Positions 1-12,409 of a stretch of 64,000 bases of DNA are shown here, piece after piece. Position numbers and translations under genes: made by a program. Numbering within the stretch: position 1 is the first letter of the stretch; each line of letters opens with the position of its first letter. The DNA comes from the human T2T-CHM13v2.0 reference genome, Homo sapiens. Location of the stretch: assembly GCF_009914755.1 (NCBI RefSeq), contig NC_060938.1. One strand, given 5' to 3'. Under the pieces are notes generated by a model that was not told the DNA's origin, searched no databases, and saw only the letters and a list, made by a program, of their open reading frames with translations.

Positions 1-94
1 AGTTTTGTAGTTTTCCTTGTAGAGGTCTTTCACCTCCTTGGTTAGGTATATTCCTAAGTATTTTTTTTTCAGCTATTGTAAATGGGGTTAAGTC
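1..94 (-). mobile_element. L1 (L1PB-like) ORF2 fragment, antisense; continues beyond left window edge
   Basis: Matches antisense L1 ORF2 text (ttttccttgtagaggtctttcacctccttggttaggtatattcctaagtat) and switches abruptly to a sense L1 3' end near position 95. Confidence 0.8.
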
Positions 95-375
95 CAGAAT
101 GAAAAACCAAACATTATATGTTTTCACTCATGAGTGGGAGCTAAGCTATGAGGATATAAAGGCATAAGAATGGTACAATGGACCTTGGGGACTTGGGGGA
201 AAGGGTGGAAGTGGGGTGAGGGATAAAAGACCACAAATTGGATATAGCATATATTGCTTGGGTGATAAATGCACCATAATCTCACAAATCACCACTAAAG
301 AACTTACTCATGTAAGCAAACACTACCTTTTCCACAAAAACCTACGGAATTAAAAAATAAAACAAAAACAAATAA
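95..375 (+). mobile_element. L1PB1-like 3' end with A-rich tail
   Basis: L1PB-type 3'UTR: gagctaagctatgaggat...gggataaaagac...ctcacaaatcaccactaaagaacttactcatgtaa, then A-rich tail. Confidence 0.85.
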
Positions 376-1232
376 CTAACTCTTTAAATGGCATTGAATG
401 CTATTCTCAATATCTATGTCACCTGCATGTCTGCTTTTATTGACTACTTATTCTCATTCACTTTTTTATAGTACTTCTCATCTTTCATAATCTTTTTGTA
501 ATATATGAGGTGTTGTCTGTAAAATAACAATAATGCATGAAGTAAATTTTTTTGTTTTATTTCATTTTTTTCTATAGAGTGAAAAGCTAAAAAGCTTGCT
601 TCTGTAAGGCAGCAACATTTTAGAGTTGTATTTTCCTACTAGTGGAACTCAACTTGTGCTAACCCTGTTTTAATTAGATTGACTTCTCCTTTGCTTTAAA
701 TGTATTTAATCTGTTTGTTAAAGTTAATATAGTTAAATTTAAAATATGTGCCACCTGAGAAAATGTCCAACTTTTCATTAAACCTCTTAATAACAAAGCT
801 TATTAATATTCTCTTGACTTAAGCTGGTATTGTTTTGGTTCACAATTTATATTACTTATGTTTTGTGTTTCTTTTCAACTATAGAAGGGTTGCCTAATAA
901 AAGTACTGGTAAATCACATGAAATTGTGGGAACTCTCTATGTTTGCCAGTTGTGCCTCTTCAGGCAATTTTTCTTGAAATTTCCCAGAGTTAGTGGGGTG
1001 GAAACGTTTCACATTCTTTTGCATTTATTGGTCTTTCAGATTTCAATCCACCATGTGGGCTTACAGTATCATTAGTGGCTCACCTACTTTCTTCTCATCC
1101 TTGCAAAGTCTCTCCATCTTTGATAGACACTGCTTCTTTGCCCACTTGCCCACTTGTATCCAGACCAGGCACTTGTCACCTGATAAAAAAGAAACTTTTG
1201 CTCTTTGCTCTCCTTTATAGGAGGGCTATAGT

Positions 1233-1259
1233 ATGTGTGTGTGTGTATATATATATATA
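1233..1259. repeat. (TG)n(TA)n compound microsatellite
   Basis: Seen directly. Confidence 0.9.
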
Positions 1260-1555
1260 GTATAGGGCTATTTTTCTCTGTAGAATTTAGTTCAAATAAG
1301 GTTTCTTTGCATTCAACACTCTTCAATATCTTGAAGTAGGAGTACATTTTTAATTTTATCTAATTATTGTATTGTTATGAATTGCATAATGTTTTATATT
1401 TTGCTTTCTAGCTAGAAGTAAAACTACTCTTACATGTAATTGTTTGTCATTCAACTTAGTGGAAAATACTGTGGGCTAGGCATTAATATGTACACTATAA
1501 AATTGAACACATTATTTTATACTGCTGAAACTTTATCTTCTCTTCTCTAAGAAGG

Positions 1556-1946
1556 TCTATTAATCTGATCAGACTGCCATAACAAAATACTAGACCGAGT
1601 GGCTTAAACAAATGTTATTTATTTTCTAATAGTTTTGAAGGCCAGATCCTTGATTAATGTGCCCATACATTCAGTTTCTAGTACTGGCTCTCTTCCTTGC
1701 TTGCAGAAAGCTGCCTTCTCAATGTGGCTTCATTTGACCTTTATTTTGTGAATGCATAGTAAGAAGGAGAGCTCTGGTCTCTCTTCATATTCTTCAAAGG
1801 ACATCAGTCTTATAGGACTAGGACCTCATTTATGGCCCTGTTTAATTTCAGTTACTTCCCTCAAGGCCCTATCTCCAAGCACTATCATGTTGGGAGATAG
1901 GAAGTTAATATATGAATTTTGGGAGGACACAATGCAGTCCACAACA
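1556..1946 (-). mobile_element. MLT1A/B-type MaLR solo LTR
   Basis: ctgccataacaaaatac...ggcttaaaca...atatgaattttgggaggacacaatgcagtccacaaca; 5-bp flanks GAAGG/GAAGA resemble a TSD. Confidence 0.8.
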
Positions 1947-1990
1947 GAAGAAGAACAAATTTTTATTTTCCTCAGGGTCTAATAATTACA

Positions 1991-2126
1991 GGCTGTGCTT
2001 ATGCCTGTAATATGCCTGTAATCCCAGTGCTTTGGAAGGCCATGGTGGGAGGGTCACTGAAGCCCAGAAATTTGAGACCAGTTTTAGCAACATAGGAAGA
2101 CCCCTTCTCTACAAAAAATAAAAAAT
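1991..2126 (+). mobile_element. FLAM/AluJ left monomer with an internal 11-bp tandem duplication (tatgcctgtaa x2)
   Basis: gcctgtaatcccagtgctttggaaggc...tttgagaccag...tctctacaaaaaata. Confidence 0.85.
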
Positions 2127-3708
2127 GTAAATAAAACATACATGAAAGAAACTAATTGGTGTCAATGTGATTTGGGGATTGTACAGTATTACAGAAATTG
2201 ATGTTAATACTGACTTATGAGGAAAAACACCTTATCACCTTTAGAAAAACATAGGACTTGTCTGACACTTTCCACAGTTTTCCTATCTTTCCATTTATAC
2301 TTGCTTCTGATTCATTAGATATTTAATTTATCCTTTTATCTAGCCAGTGTCATGTGTTTAACTTTTCTATAGGATTCTGCACCTTCCTCTGAAGAGAATC
2401 AAATTTCTATTATTCTTTACTATAACCTCGCAATTTATAGGGTAACTTCCTTCAGGTAATGGAAGTAATTACTTAAGAGGACTATTATTAAGGGAACAAA
2501 TGTTTTTCCTGGTGAAAGCAGATGAGTCTCAAATGAAAGTTTTCCTTTATTTTTTTCTTATGCTAAAAATAATCACTTTGGATGAATTTGTATTCTCATG
2601 CTCAGAAGCAAATGTTAGATTAGAATCTTATTCAATAATTAAAGAGCAAGGAGAACATTGTGGCATAGTAGAAAATGAATACAACTTAGTTTAAACCCAT
2701 CTTTAAAGTCTAAATCTGCCTGTAACTGGATGTATAATATTAATTAAAATCTATGAGTCCCAATTAGCTTACATTTGAAGAATCTAAAACAAGCCTGACA
2801 AGATTTTGTGATATGGTAAGTATTACCTGTAAATAATATAGAATGATATGCCTGTATATTAGTACACATAAAATAACATAGGGGGATAGTGGCAGCATCT
2901 GCCTCATTAGATTCCTGTGAAGTTTTAAAAATTTGAATAGACATATATATGTGTTGAGTATCCTGAATCTAGTTTGATACAGTAAAGATTTATGCTGACT
3001 CAAAATATAAAATGACACTAATTTACCCATGGTTTTCCAGAGTGTGAATTAGTAAACTAGCATAGAGCAATTTTTAAATAACCATTAGCTTGCTTTCTCT
3101 TAGGATGACCTTAAGCATATCAAATATCCAGAAGTTTTTTAAGGGTAAAGAAGAAAACTTTACAAGATGAAAAAAAATTTAGACTCATAACACACATGCA
3201 TAAAAAACTTTTAAAACAAAATTATTTTTCTCGATGTAATACAGATTTTATCACAATGCTAAAATAGAAATATTAGGTGAAGAGCTAAGAAATGATGATT
3301 TATACATCACTGAATACAATGAGATTCCATCAGTCTGTCACTAATATTATCTTTTTCCATTTACTGATACATTTTCCTGAGGTACCATATTAGAAACTTT
3401 AGAATTAAAATGGGAAGCATTTTATCCTCCTGAATTAAATCCTAATATATTAGTTGTCCTTAGCAATTTTTTAAGCTATTGGGAAATAACTTTTAGAAAA
3501 ACTAATACATCAAATGGATACACAAATCCTTTAAAGTAGTACCATGAAAAACCTATTTTATTACACCCAGAGACTTAACAAAACTACAATCTATTTTTTA
3601 ATCTAATTTTGAAAAGTTGGAAATTTTAATTACAAAAATTATTTCACCTTTTTAAATCAAATAACCTTATGCCCATTGACAGAATATCAAAATAGTTAAT
3701 TTCATCCC

Positions 3709-4076
3709 TGTGTTAGTCTGTTCTCACACTGCTAATAAAGACATACCCGAGACTGAGTAATTTTTAAAGGAAAGAGGTTTAATTGACTCACAGTTCAGCA
3801 TGGCTGCGTAGGCCTCAGGAAATTTACAATCATGGTGGAAGGGGAAGAAAACATTCTTTTTCACATGGCAGCAGGAAGAGAAGTGAGTACTGAGCAAAGG
3901 GGGAAACAACTTATAAAACCATCAGCTCTCATAAAACTCACTATCATCAGAACAGCATGGCAGAAACTGCCCCCATGATTCAATTATCTCCACTTGGTCC
4001 CTCTTACAACACATGGGAATTATGGGAACTACAGTTCAAGATGAGATCTGGGTGAGGACACAGACAAACCATATAA
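3709..4076 (-). mobile_element. THE1C-like MaLR solo LTR
   Basis: tgtgttagtctgttctcacactgctaataaagacatacc...cagacaaaccatataa; TSD ATCCC/ATCCT. Confidence 0.9.
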
Positions 4077-4280
4077 ATCCTTTGATTTCACTTGCATCAG
4101 ATCAGGATTAAAGGGTGACAAGTGATTAAATTCAACTGAAATGTTGAGAATTTAACCTGACTTCCAAGTTCTGCAGTGAAAGTTGAAACAACCAATCCAC
4201 TCTATTATATTCCTTATTACAGTGAAACTCTTCTATAAAAGCAGCTACTTTATTGTGTATATCCTTGGTTTCTCTAGGGT

Positions 4281-4571
4281 TTTTTTTTTTGAGACGGATT
4301 CTCGTTCTGTCGCCCAGGCTGGAGTGCTGTGGTGAGATCTCAGTTCACTGCAACTTTTGCCTCCCTTGCTTCAAGTGATTCTCCTGTCTCAGCCTCTTGA
4401 GTAGCTGGGGACTATAGGCACGCGCCACCGTGCCCTGTTATTTTTGTATTTTTAGTAGAGACGGGGTTTCACCATTTTGGTCAGGTTGGTCTTGAACTCC
4501 TGACCTCATGATTCACCCGCCTTGGCCTCCCAAAGTGCTGGGATTACAGGCATGAGCCACCACGCCTGGCC
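4281..4571 (-). mobile_element. AluS (Sg-like) full-length SINE
   Basis: Poly-T then both Alu arms ending gcctggcc; degenerate TSD tagg(g/c)tttt. Confidence 0.92.
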
Positions 4572-5729
4572 TAGGCTTTTTATTATCATTATTAATTTAA
4601 GTCACTCTTTTGTCATTTTATGCTATATATTATCAGTGTTCTCCTTACCCCAGGTAACCTGTCATTTATAGGGTACTTTAAACAATAATATATGTTATTG
4701 ATATTCATAGACAAATTCTAAGCAAGGGTTGGGAACTCCTGGTGAAGAGGAGTAAATGTCTAAATAAGCATGTACGTGGTTTTACAAGATCAATAATTTC
4801 ATATTCTGATGGCAATCTGATTATTTTGATAAAATCTAATCAGATCTGAGAACCAATTTTAGATTCCCATTTTTCATGTCTGCCTCAAGATTGAACCTTG
4901 ACTGATGCTTGAATTGTTAAGTGACTGAGATCCAGTAGAACATTTTTGGGATCCAGAGCCAAGAATCTGCTATAAGATTTTGAGTCACTGTCAGTAGTGC
5001 AACAGTTGAGAAAATTAGAAACAAAGTGGAGACTAAAGTCAGTCTTCAATTTACCCAATAACTCTGCATCTACTTGACCCCTTTTCTAACCTCCGAGATT
5101 CTGAAAGTAATGACCACTGTTTTATTTCCAAATCTTATGTAGGTTCCTTCTTTGGTCAGCTCTAACTAGAAACAATTCCAAGAATAACCAAGTTAACAAT
5201 GGAATAATCTAGCATACAATAAATTAAAGAGTAACCTATTAACAATCATATAGTACTTTAAAACATTATCTTAAAGTGTGACTATAAGCATGATGGAAGT
5301 GAATGTAAGAGTGTTGAGGCTAGTAATTAAAGCGAACACGTGGTGTATGCATATGTGATGGATCTGCATGTTTTTATGGTAAAGAAAATGATATCTCTAT
5401 TAATATTTACTACCTATATCTATGAGGAAAAGAGAGAAACTTTTACTTTCAATATTTTTTTCTTTATAAACTTCTTTAAAATGTGAAAATCAGGGAGAAA
5501 TGGGTGTCAACTTTAGTATTAAAAGTAAAAATATAAAAATATAAAGTTTAGTTTAACATGACATATACAATAAAATAAACTTTAGGGAGCATGTGTTTAA
5601 GGTTTTATTAGTAGGAAAATAATTCGTTATTTTAATAACAACTTTATTAAGTCCAAATTCACATAAGATAAACTGAATACATTCACCATCTACAATTCAA
5701 ATGTTTCCACCTTGTACTCTATCTTAAAC

Positions 5730-6185
5730 AGTACTGAGTCTTTTCCTTAGAGTATGTTAGCTGTGGGTTTTCCATGTATGCCCTTTATCAAGTTGGGAAA
5801 GCTCCACTTTATTTCTAGTTTGATAAAAGTTTTTTTAAGTGAATAGTGTCTAAATTTTGTCAACTTCCTTTCTGTACCTCAAAATGACACTATTTTTTAA
5901 TGACCATTTAGATAATATTCAAAATGTTAGTGATTTTCAAATGATAAGCTATTGTTGTATTCCTGTGGTGTCTTACTTGTATAAAACATATTACCGTTTT
6001 TTTATAATACTGGACTCTAGACACCAGTATTTTGTGAATAATTCACATCCATGCTCATGAGGTATATATTTTTATCTTTGTTTAGATTTGATATCAATGT
6101 AATATTACCCTCATAAAATGAATTATAAGTATTCTATCTGCCCCTATTTTCTGAGATAATTTGTGTAAAATTGCTAGTATTTCTT
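5730..6185 (-). mobile_element. Old L1M ORF2 fragment
   Basis: tatgttagctgtgggttttcc...gccctttatcaagttg... is typical degenerate antisense L1M. Confidence 0.6.
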
Positions 6186-6645
6186 TTTTGAATTTTTAAA
6201 ATTTTAGATTCAATGAGTATATGTGCAGGTTGTTACATGGGTATACTGCATGATACTGAAGTTTGGGATACAGATGGTCCCATCACCCAGGTGGCATAGT
6301 ATGCAATGGGTAGGTGGGAATTGGTGAAAATGCAACAGTGTAGAAGTATTGCCTTTTCTCCACAGATTCACCAGAATTTATTGTTTGTTTGGCTTTTTAT
6401 TAATAGCCATTCTGACTGGTATGAGATCATATATCACTGTGCTTTTGATTTGCAATTCTCTGATGATTAATGATGATGAGCATTTTCTTATGTTTGTTGG
6501 CCACTTGTATGCCTTCTTTTGAGATGTGTCTGTTCATGTCCTTTGCCCATTTTTTGAATTGGATTGATTTTTGCTTGTTCATTTGTTTATGTTCCTTACA
6601 GATTTTGGACATTAGACCTTTGTCAGATGCATAGCTTGTAAATAT

Positions 6646-6784
6646 TTTCTCCTATTCTGTAGGCTGTCTGTTTACTCTGTTGGTAATTTCTTTTGGTGTG
6701 AAGAAGCTCTTTAGTTTAATTAGCTTCTTCACACCAAAAGAAATTACCAACAGAGTAAACAGACAGCCTACAGAATGGGAGAAA
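6646..6784. repeat. Inverted repeat: 63-bp arms (6646-6708 / 6722-6784), 1 mismatch, 13-nt spacer
   Basis: Right arm is the reverse complement of the left arm, checked base by base. Confidence 0.95.
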
Positions 6785-7402
6785 TAGGTGAACAAGCTAT
6801 TTTTCATTTTTCATTGCAAATGCTTTAGGGGACTTACCAAAAATTTTTTGCCAAAGCCAAGGTTGAAACAGCTATTTCCTAGGTGCTTCTTGGATATTTA
6901 TAGTTTGAGGTTTTACATTTAAAACTTTAATTCACCTTGAGTAAATTTTTGTATATTGTAAGAGGCAGGGGTCCAGTTTCATTCTTCGGCATGTGGCTAG
7001 CCAGTGATCCCAGCACCATTTACTGAATAGAGAGTCCTTTACCTTTGCTTATTTTTGTCAGTATATGTCAAAGATCAGATGGTTGTAGGTGTGTGTTTTT
7101 TTCTGGGTGCTCTATTCTGTTCTATTGGTCTATGTGTCTGTTTTTTGTACTAGTAACATCCTGTTTCAGTTACTGAGGACTTATAGTATAGTTTGAAGTA
7201 TAGGTAGTATGATGCCTCTGGCTTTGTTCTTTTTGCATAAAATTGCTTTGGCTATTCAAGCTCTCCTTTGTTTCCAAATGAATTTTAAGAGCGATTTTTC
7301 TAATTCAGTAAAAAATGACATTGGCATTTTGATAAAGGTAGTATTGATTCTATAAATTGCTTTGTGCAGTATGGCCATTTTAGCAATATTGATTCTTCCA
7401 AT

Positions 7403-8369
7403 TGATGCAGGATATTTCCTTGAACCCCTCATGGGACTCATGACAGGGATGCCCAGTTTACTCATCCCACCCCACTTAACCCCTCAGGGAGGGAGCATGC
7501 AAGTGAACAAGCATGAGGACTGGAGCGAAAGAGCGTGGGAACTGGCCGGCCACTTTGGCATCAGCAGGAGCAAACTCTGCTCCCTCGGGTCCCATGCTCT
7601 CCATCTCTCATGGACAGGAGTATGCAGGTGAGCGAGTGCAGGAACTGACGTCACCCTTAGCACCATTAGGAGCAAACTCCATGCTGTTCCCACTGCAGTG
7701 TCCAGGTGGGGGTTTCTATGACCCTAAGGCCCCAGAGGGCATGTTGCAATGCTCTCTTAGATCTGCTATCTACAGACAGTAGTGCATTATCAGCTCAGTG
7801 GCCCTTTGCTTCATTGCGTAGCGTGACTGCCCTCTGCCAGTGAGGGCAAAGGGTCAGTGTGACATCCTTTTTGGGTACCTGCACTTGGTGCATCCTGAAT
7901 TCTTGTCCAGTGCCCAAGAGGAATGAGGTCACATGGACAAACTAAAGGATGGTGAATGTGAAGAATTTTATTGAATGTTGAAAGCAGCTCTCAGTAGAGA
8001 GGGGAGCTGGAAAAGGAGCAGGAAGGGCAGGTCACTCTCCCATGAAGTTAAGTCACCTCTTTGCCTCCCTCTTCCGATGTCAAGTTGCCTCTCTCCAATG
8101 TACAGCCACTTCTTCTCTTTGCCGGCTGAGTCCAGGGTCTTCATAGGCACAGGATGGGGGTGGGGCGAGCCACAGGTAGTTTTGGAAAAGGCAACATTTG
8201 ATTGGTAAAATAACATTATTCAGAAAAAAACAACTGGGAGAGAGCAGGCACGTAGGGATGGAAGTTCTCATTTTGGGCCATGGGTTTCAGGCTTTTCGGC
8301 TTGAAGATGGAGTTTTGCCAGGGACTCTCCCCTGTCTGCCTAGAATTTCTCTCCCTCCTGCCTCTATCA
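7403..8369 (-). mobile_element. ERV1 solo LTR of the LTR27/LTR28 (LTR1-related) group, ~970 bp
   Basis: Minus strand starts TGATAGAGGCAGGAG...AATTCTAGGCAGACAGGG and ends CCTGCATCA; GC-rich block splitting contiguous L1 sequence. Confidence 0.75.
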
Positions 8370-11300
8370 TTCTGTGGCATCAATGGGCATGGAATATTTT
8401 CTCATATATTTGTGTCATATCTGATTTCCTTCAGCAATGCTTTGTAGTTCTCCTTGCAGAAATCTTTAACCTACTTGGTTAGATATATTCCTAGGTATTT
8501 CATTTTTATTGTGTCTATTGAAAATGGGATTGTATTATTGATTTGGCTCTAAGCTAAAGTGTTATTGGTGTATAGAAAAATTACTGATTTTGTTCATTGA
8601 TTTTGCATTCTAAAATTTTACTGAAGTCATTTATCAGTTCCAGGATCTTTTAGGTGGAGTCCTCAGGGGATTCTACGTATAGAATTAGGCCATTAGGCAA
8701 GAGAGATAGTTTGTCTTCTTTTCCTATTTGAGTGCCTTTTCTTTCTTTCTCTTGCCTGGTTGCTCTGGCTAGCAATTCCATTTAGTTGACTAGAAGTGGT
8801 GAGTGAACTGGATAAATAAATATTTTTGTAATTTTCCTGACTACAAATACAGGTAGTTCCCAATTTATAATAGTATTGTGTTTATAATATTGTCATCACA
8901 TTGCATAAGAAATATTTTTATTGTCCTGTTAACAAATTTTACTTACCCTCCTAAAATTGTGTTTAGTCTTCAACAACTCCTGGTTCTTTAAAAAATCTCT
9001 TCTGTTGATTTTTATGATGCAACAATGTCCTGTGGTTTTTTTTTGTTTTTTTTTTCTCCCTCTTGATCCTCCATATTAGCCTCGTTCTCTCTCTGCAATG
9101 TCTAAATCTTGGAGTGCTCTATTTTGGGACCTCTTCTGATTCTGCACTTTAAGCACAGAATCATATATCCAAATGTCTATTTATCATGAATGCTTGTGAG
9201 ATTAACCTATACATATTTTTTTCAAGTTAATTCACTTCTCTTTCTCTCCACTACCACCATTCTGATTCAATCCACTGTTATCTCTGAAACTTATTGCTTC
9301 AGTTTCTAGTCTCCCACATTCACTGATGCCTTCTGCTAATGCATTATAAAACTAAACTGTAATATCAGGATTAGTAACCTAAATATGAAGCACCAAAGCA
9401 TAGGATCATAAGAATGAAAGTAGAATAGGAGGCAGGAAGCAAAATAGAGTTTCCCATACTATTCTGGTATTAGAGCCACTCCTAAGCGTACTTTTGGTTA
9501 AGCTTACATTTATCATTTAGAATTTAATCATTAGATTATATGGCAAGAGACAGAACATAATTTAAGTTAGAATCACAATAACATGTATAGTTATATTAAG
9601 GATAGAGGCTTAAAAATCTCTAAGACAGGGATGCATTTGCATTTCACAAAGGAATTAGTAAACTATGCTTGTGTGTGTGTGTGTATGTCTGGCTATGTCA
9701 TTTATGCCCTCCTTGAAGATTACATTGCTTTTTTTGTTAGTCATAATGAGAGCTGGATAAGCTTCATAATATAATCCATGAAAACATGTTTCCACAACTC
9801 TTCATACATCTCCTTAGTCTTACCACTGGGAAATTTGATTTACGTCTGCTCTACAGAAATTTGTCTCAGTTAATTTTTAAAGAAAAATGAATATGATAAA
9901 TAATAAGATCTAAATAGAGTGAAATATTTCAGGTCATAGAAGTTGATATAAATAGACTGAATTACAATTAAATGTGTGTTTTTTATTACAAAGTAGAGGT
10001 TGTAATAATTTAGTTTAAGTGCAGCAAGTTTTTAATTCACTCCAAGCTTCTAAAAAATGAGTTTAATTTTTTTAGACTGTATCATTTGAAGTATAGACTC
10101 CAAAACAATACTATGTTATTATCCCTACCCTATTCAGTTTAATATAATATTGTTTTGGAGGATAATATCAATTTCTATTTCATATACTATAAGAGGAAAT
10201 TACAAACTATTGAATATCTAGGAGCATTTGATGAATTTTATGATGAAAAGATTTAAAAATATATGATAAAATGCAGATATTTTTGCTCTGGGTTTCTGTT
10301 TTGTTTTTGTTTCTTTTTATCTTTTTCTGTAGGGCTCAGGGTGTCTGCAGCATAGACTTTTTTACATATTTAAGTGTGCTAAGAAAAAATAACTTGAATT
10401 ATTGTCTCTTGATTGAGCAGTAGATCATTAGAGCCATAAAAATTTGTTTAAGAAACAATGGTAAAATGTGAATCATAACTACATTATTAATGTTTCCACA
10501 TGGGTAGAAATACAGATACCACATAAGACCTTAAAAATTTGTTAGTCGTAAATGTCAATAAATAAACTGAAATCACTGAGAACTACAAATACCTCACTGA
10601 GCTTACTAGGAAAAGAATCAGAATACCCATTTATTTAACACTCATTAGAACCATTTTTATTTCTTCTGGTACTGTTTAGTGCAAACCTAATTGTTCCTAC
10701 TGCTTTGACATTTTTACTACTTTGTATGCCTCATCAGTTTAAAACATTTACTTCTGTGACTGGTGAACCATTGAGCAAATTGGTTCGTGAGATCAATATT
10801 CTTGTTCTAAAGAGGAAGAAGTCATGGCTTACATACACAGGTGTCTGGTAATGTTTATTCACTGAAAGAAGTTCATTTTCTACTGTTGATAGTTGGCAAA
10901 GTGACACTCCACTTTAGGTCTTTAATCATTTATACCATTTCCTAAGAAAGCTACAACTTAAAAAAAGAAAGAAAGCTCAATATACTATCAAATAAAAATG
11001 TCCAATCAGTCAACACAGCCACTCACTTCACAGCAATCAGCAACAGCTGTATCCCAATTAAGGCTATGATTTTGCAGGTGCTCACAGAAGACTATTTCAA
11101 AATAAATCCACTTATTTAAAGTGTTTGGAAGCTTTATAAAGTCTTTATAGATAAGTTCAGCCAAAAAAAATTGGTTGAGGTTTTCAAACAACTTATTTAT
11201 AAATGTCAAGATTCTTAGGTAAAAGAAAAGTAGGAGATCAAAACAAGAAGTCTTTCAAAAATATTCTCTTATTATCTATAAAGATAGACAAGGAAGGAGA

Positions 11301-12409
11301 GTTTGAACAGTATCACATATATTTGGTGGAAACAGATGCTATCCTATTCAATATATTTCTCAACTGCTTACGGGAAAGTATTCATTTGTGATTATATAGT
11401 TCGATCTATGTGTTATGCCATAGTATATATACATTTAATGTTGTTCCTCTTGAATATTTTAAAATAAATTTTAATAAATATAATTTAAATATAAATGCAA
11501 AAACAGTAATTTAAAATTTTACTTTGCATAAAAATTGAAGGAAAATTATAAATTCAAATTCCTTTATACTACTTCTAGAGATTCTGATTTTGTAAGCATA
11601 GTGTTAATTTTGCCAAGTAATGTATATCTTTTTCAAGCAAGTTTAGTAATTCTAATATAGATAGCCCACTCAGATATCAATTTGAGGAAACCTGCTCTAA
11701 ATGTGTGCAAATAAAAGTAGTCAGAGCTTTTACATTTCTTTCTTACATTTGTATTTTAAAAAGGATGATTTCCAAGCAAAGACATACTTATTTACCTACA
11801 TACTCCAAGTGGTTTTTGTGAATGAATAGCTTTTGTCTTTCTGAATCCACTTATCTGTATTAATGATGTGTTTGTTATTAAACAAATTTCATCATGAATG
11901 TTTACTTACCTATGGCAATAAAAACCTGTAAAGTGTAATTATTTAATGTTTGCCTGATGTTTTGAATGTTATGTATTTTGTGTAAGAGTTAAGTATTATT
12001 GTACTTATTAAACATTGGGGTTGGTAACATTTGACCACAGCTTATGACATAATTCCCCTAGGATATAATAAATTGTCTGAATTTAACACATCTCTCAGGA
12101 TGACAAAATGTAATGATCTTTCAGACAAGAGTTTTAGTTGTCCTACTACTTTTTCAGTGGTATTCAGATAAATTTTAAATGAGCTTGATGAAAAATCAGA
12201 GGAGTAGCAGTTGGGCTGACAGCTGATGTGTCAACAGAAGTGATGAAAGACAGAAGAAAATAGAATTATTTTATTAAAGTGCTTAGAGAAAATAACTGCC
12301 AATCTAGAGGTCACTACCTAAAGAAGAGTTCGTCAAGAATAAAGGTTAGGAACAAGAAACCTCAGCTTTTTCAGGTGGAAATGTAAATCACTATAGCTAT
12401 TTACTTATT

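Larger units (their letters stand above)
6190..8805 (-). mobile_element. L1PA15/16-like LINE, 5'-truncated and internally deleted, interrupted by an ERV1 LTR
   Basis: 3' end gtgcaggttgttacatgggtatactgcatgatactgaagtttggg; ORF2 remnants in track ([10 protein letters not shown]; [17 protein letters not shown]). Confidence 0.85.

Noticed and set aside
2373-2455. Possible 83-bp exon (tttctatag|G ... CAG|gtaatg)
   Set aside because: No recognisable coding content or partner exons; expected by chance
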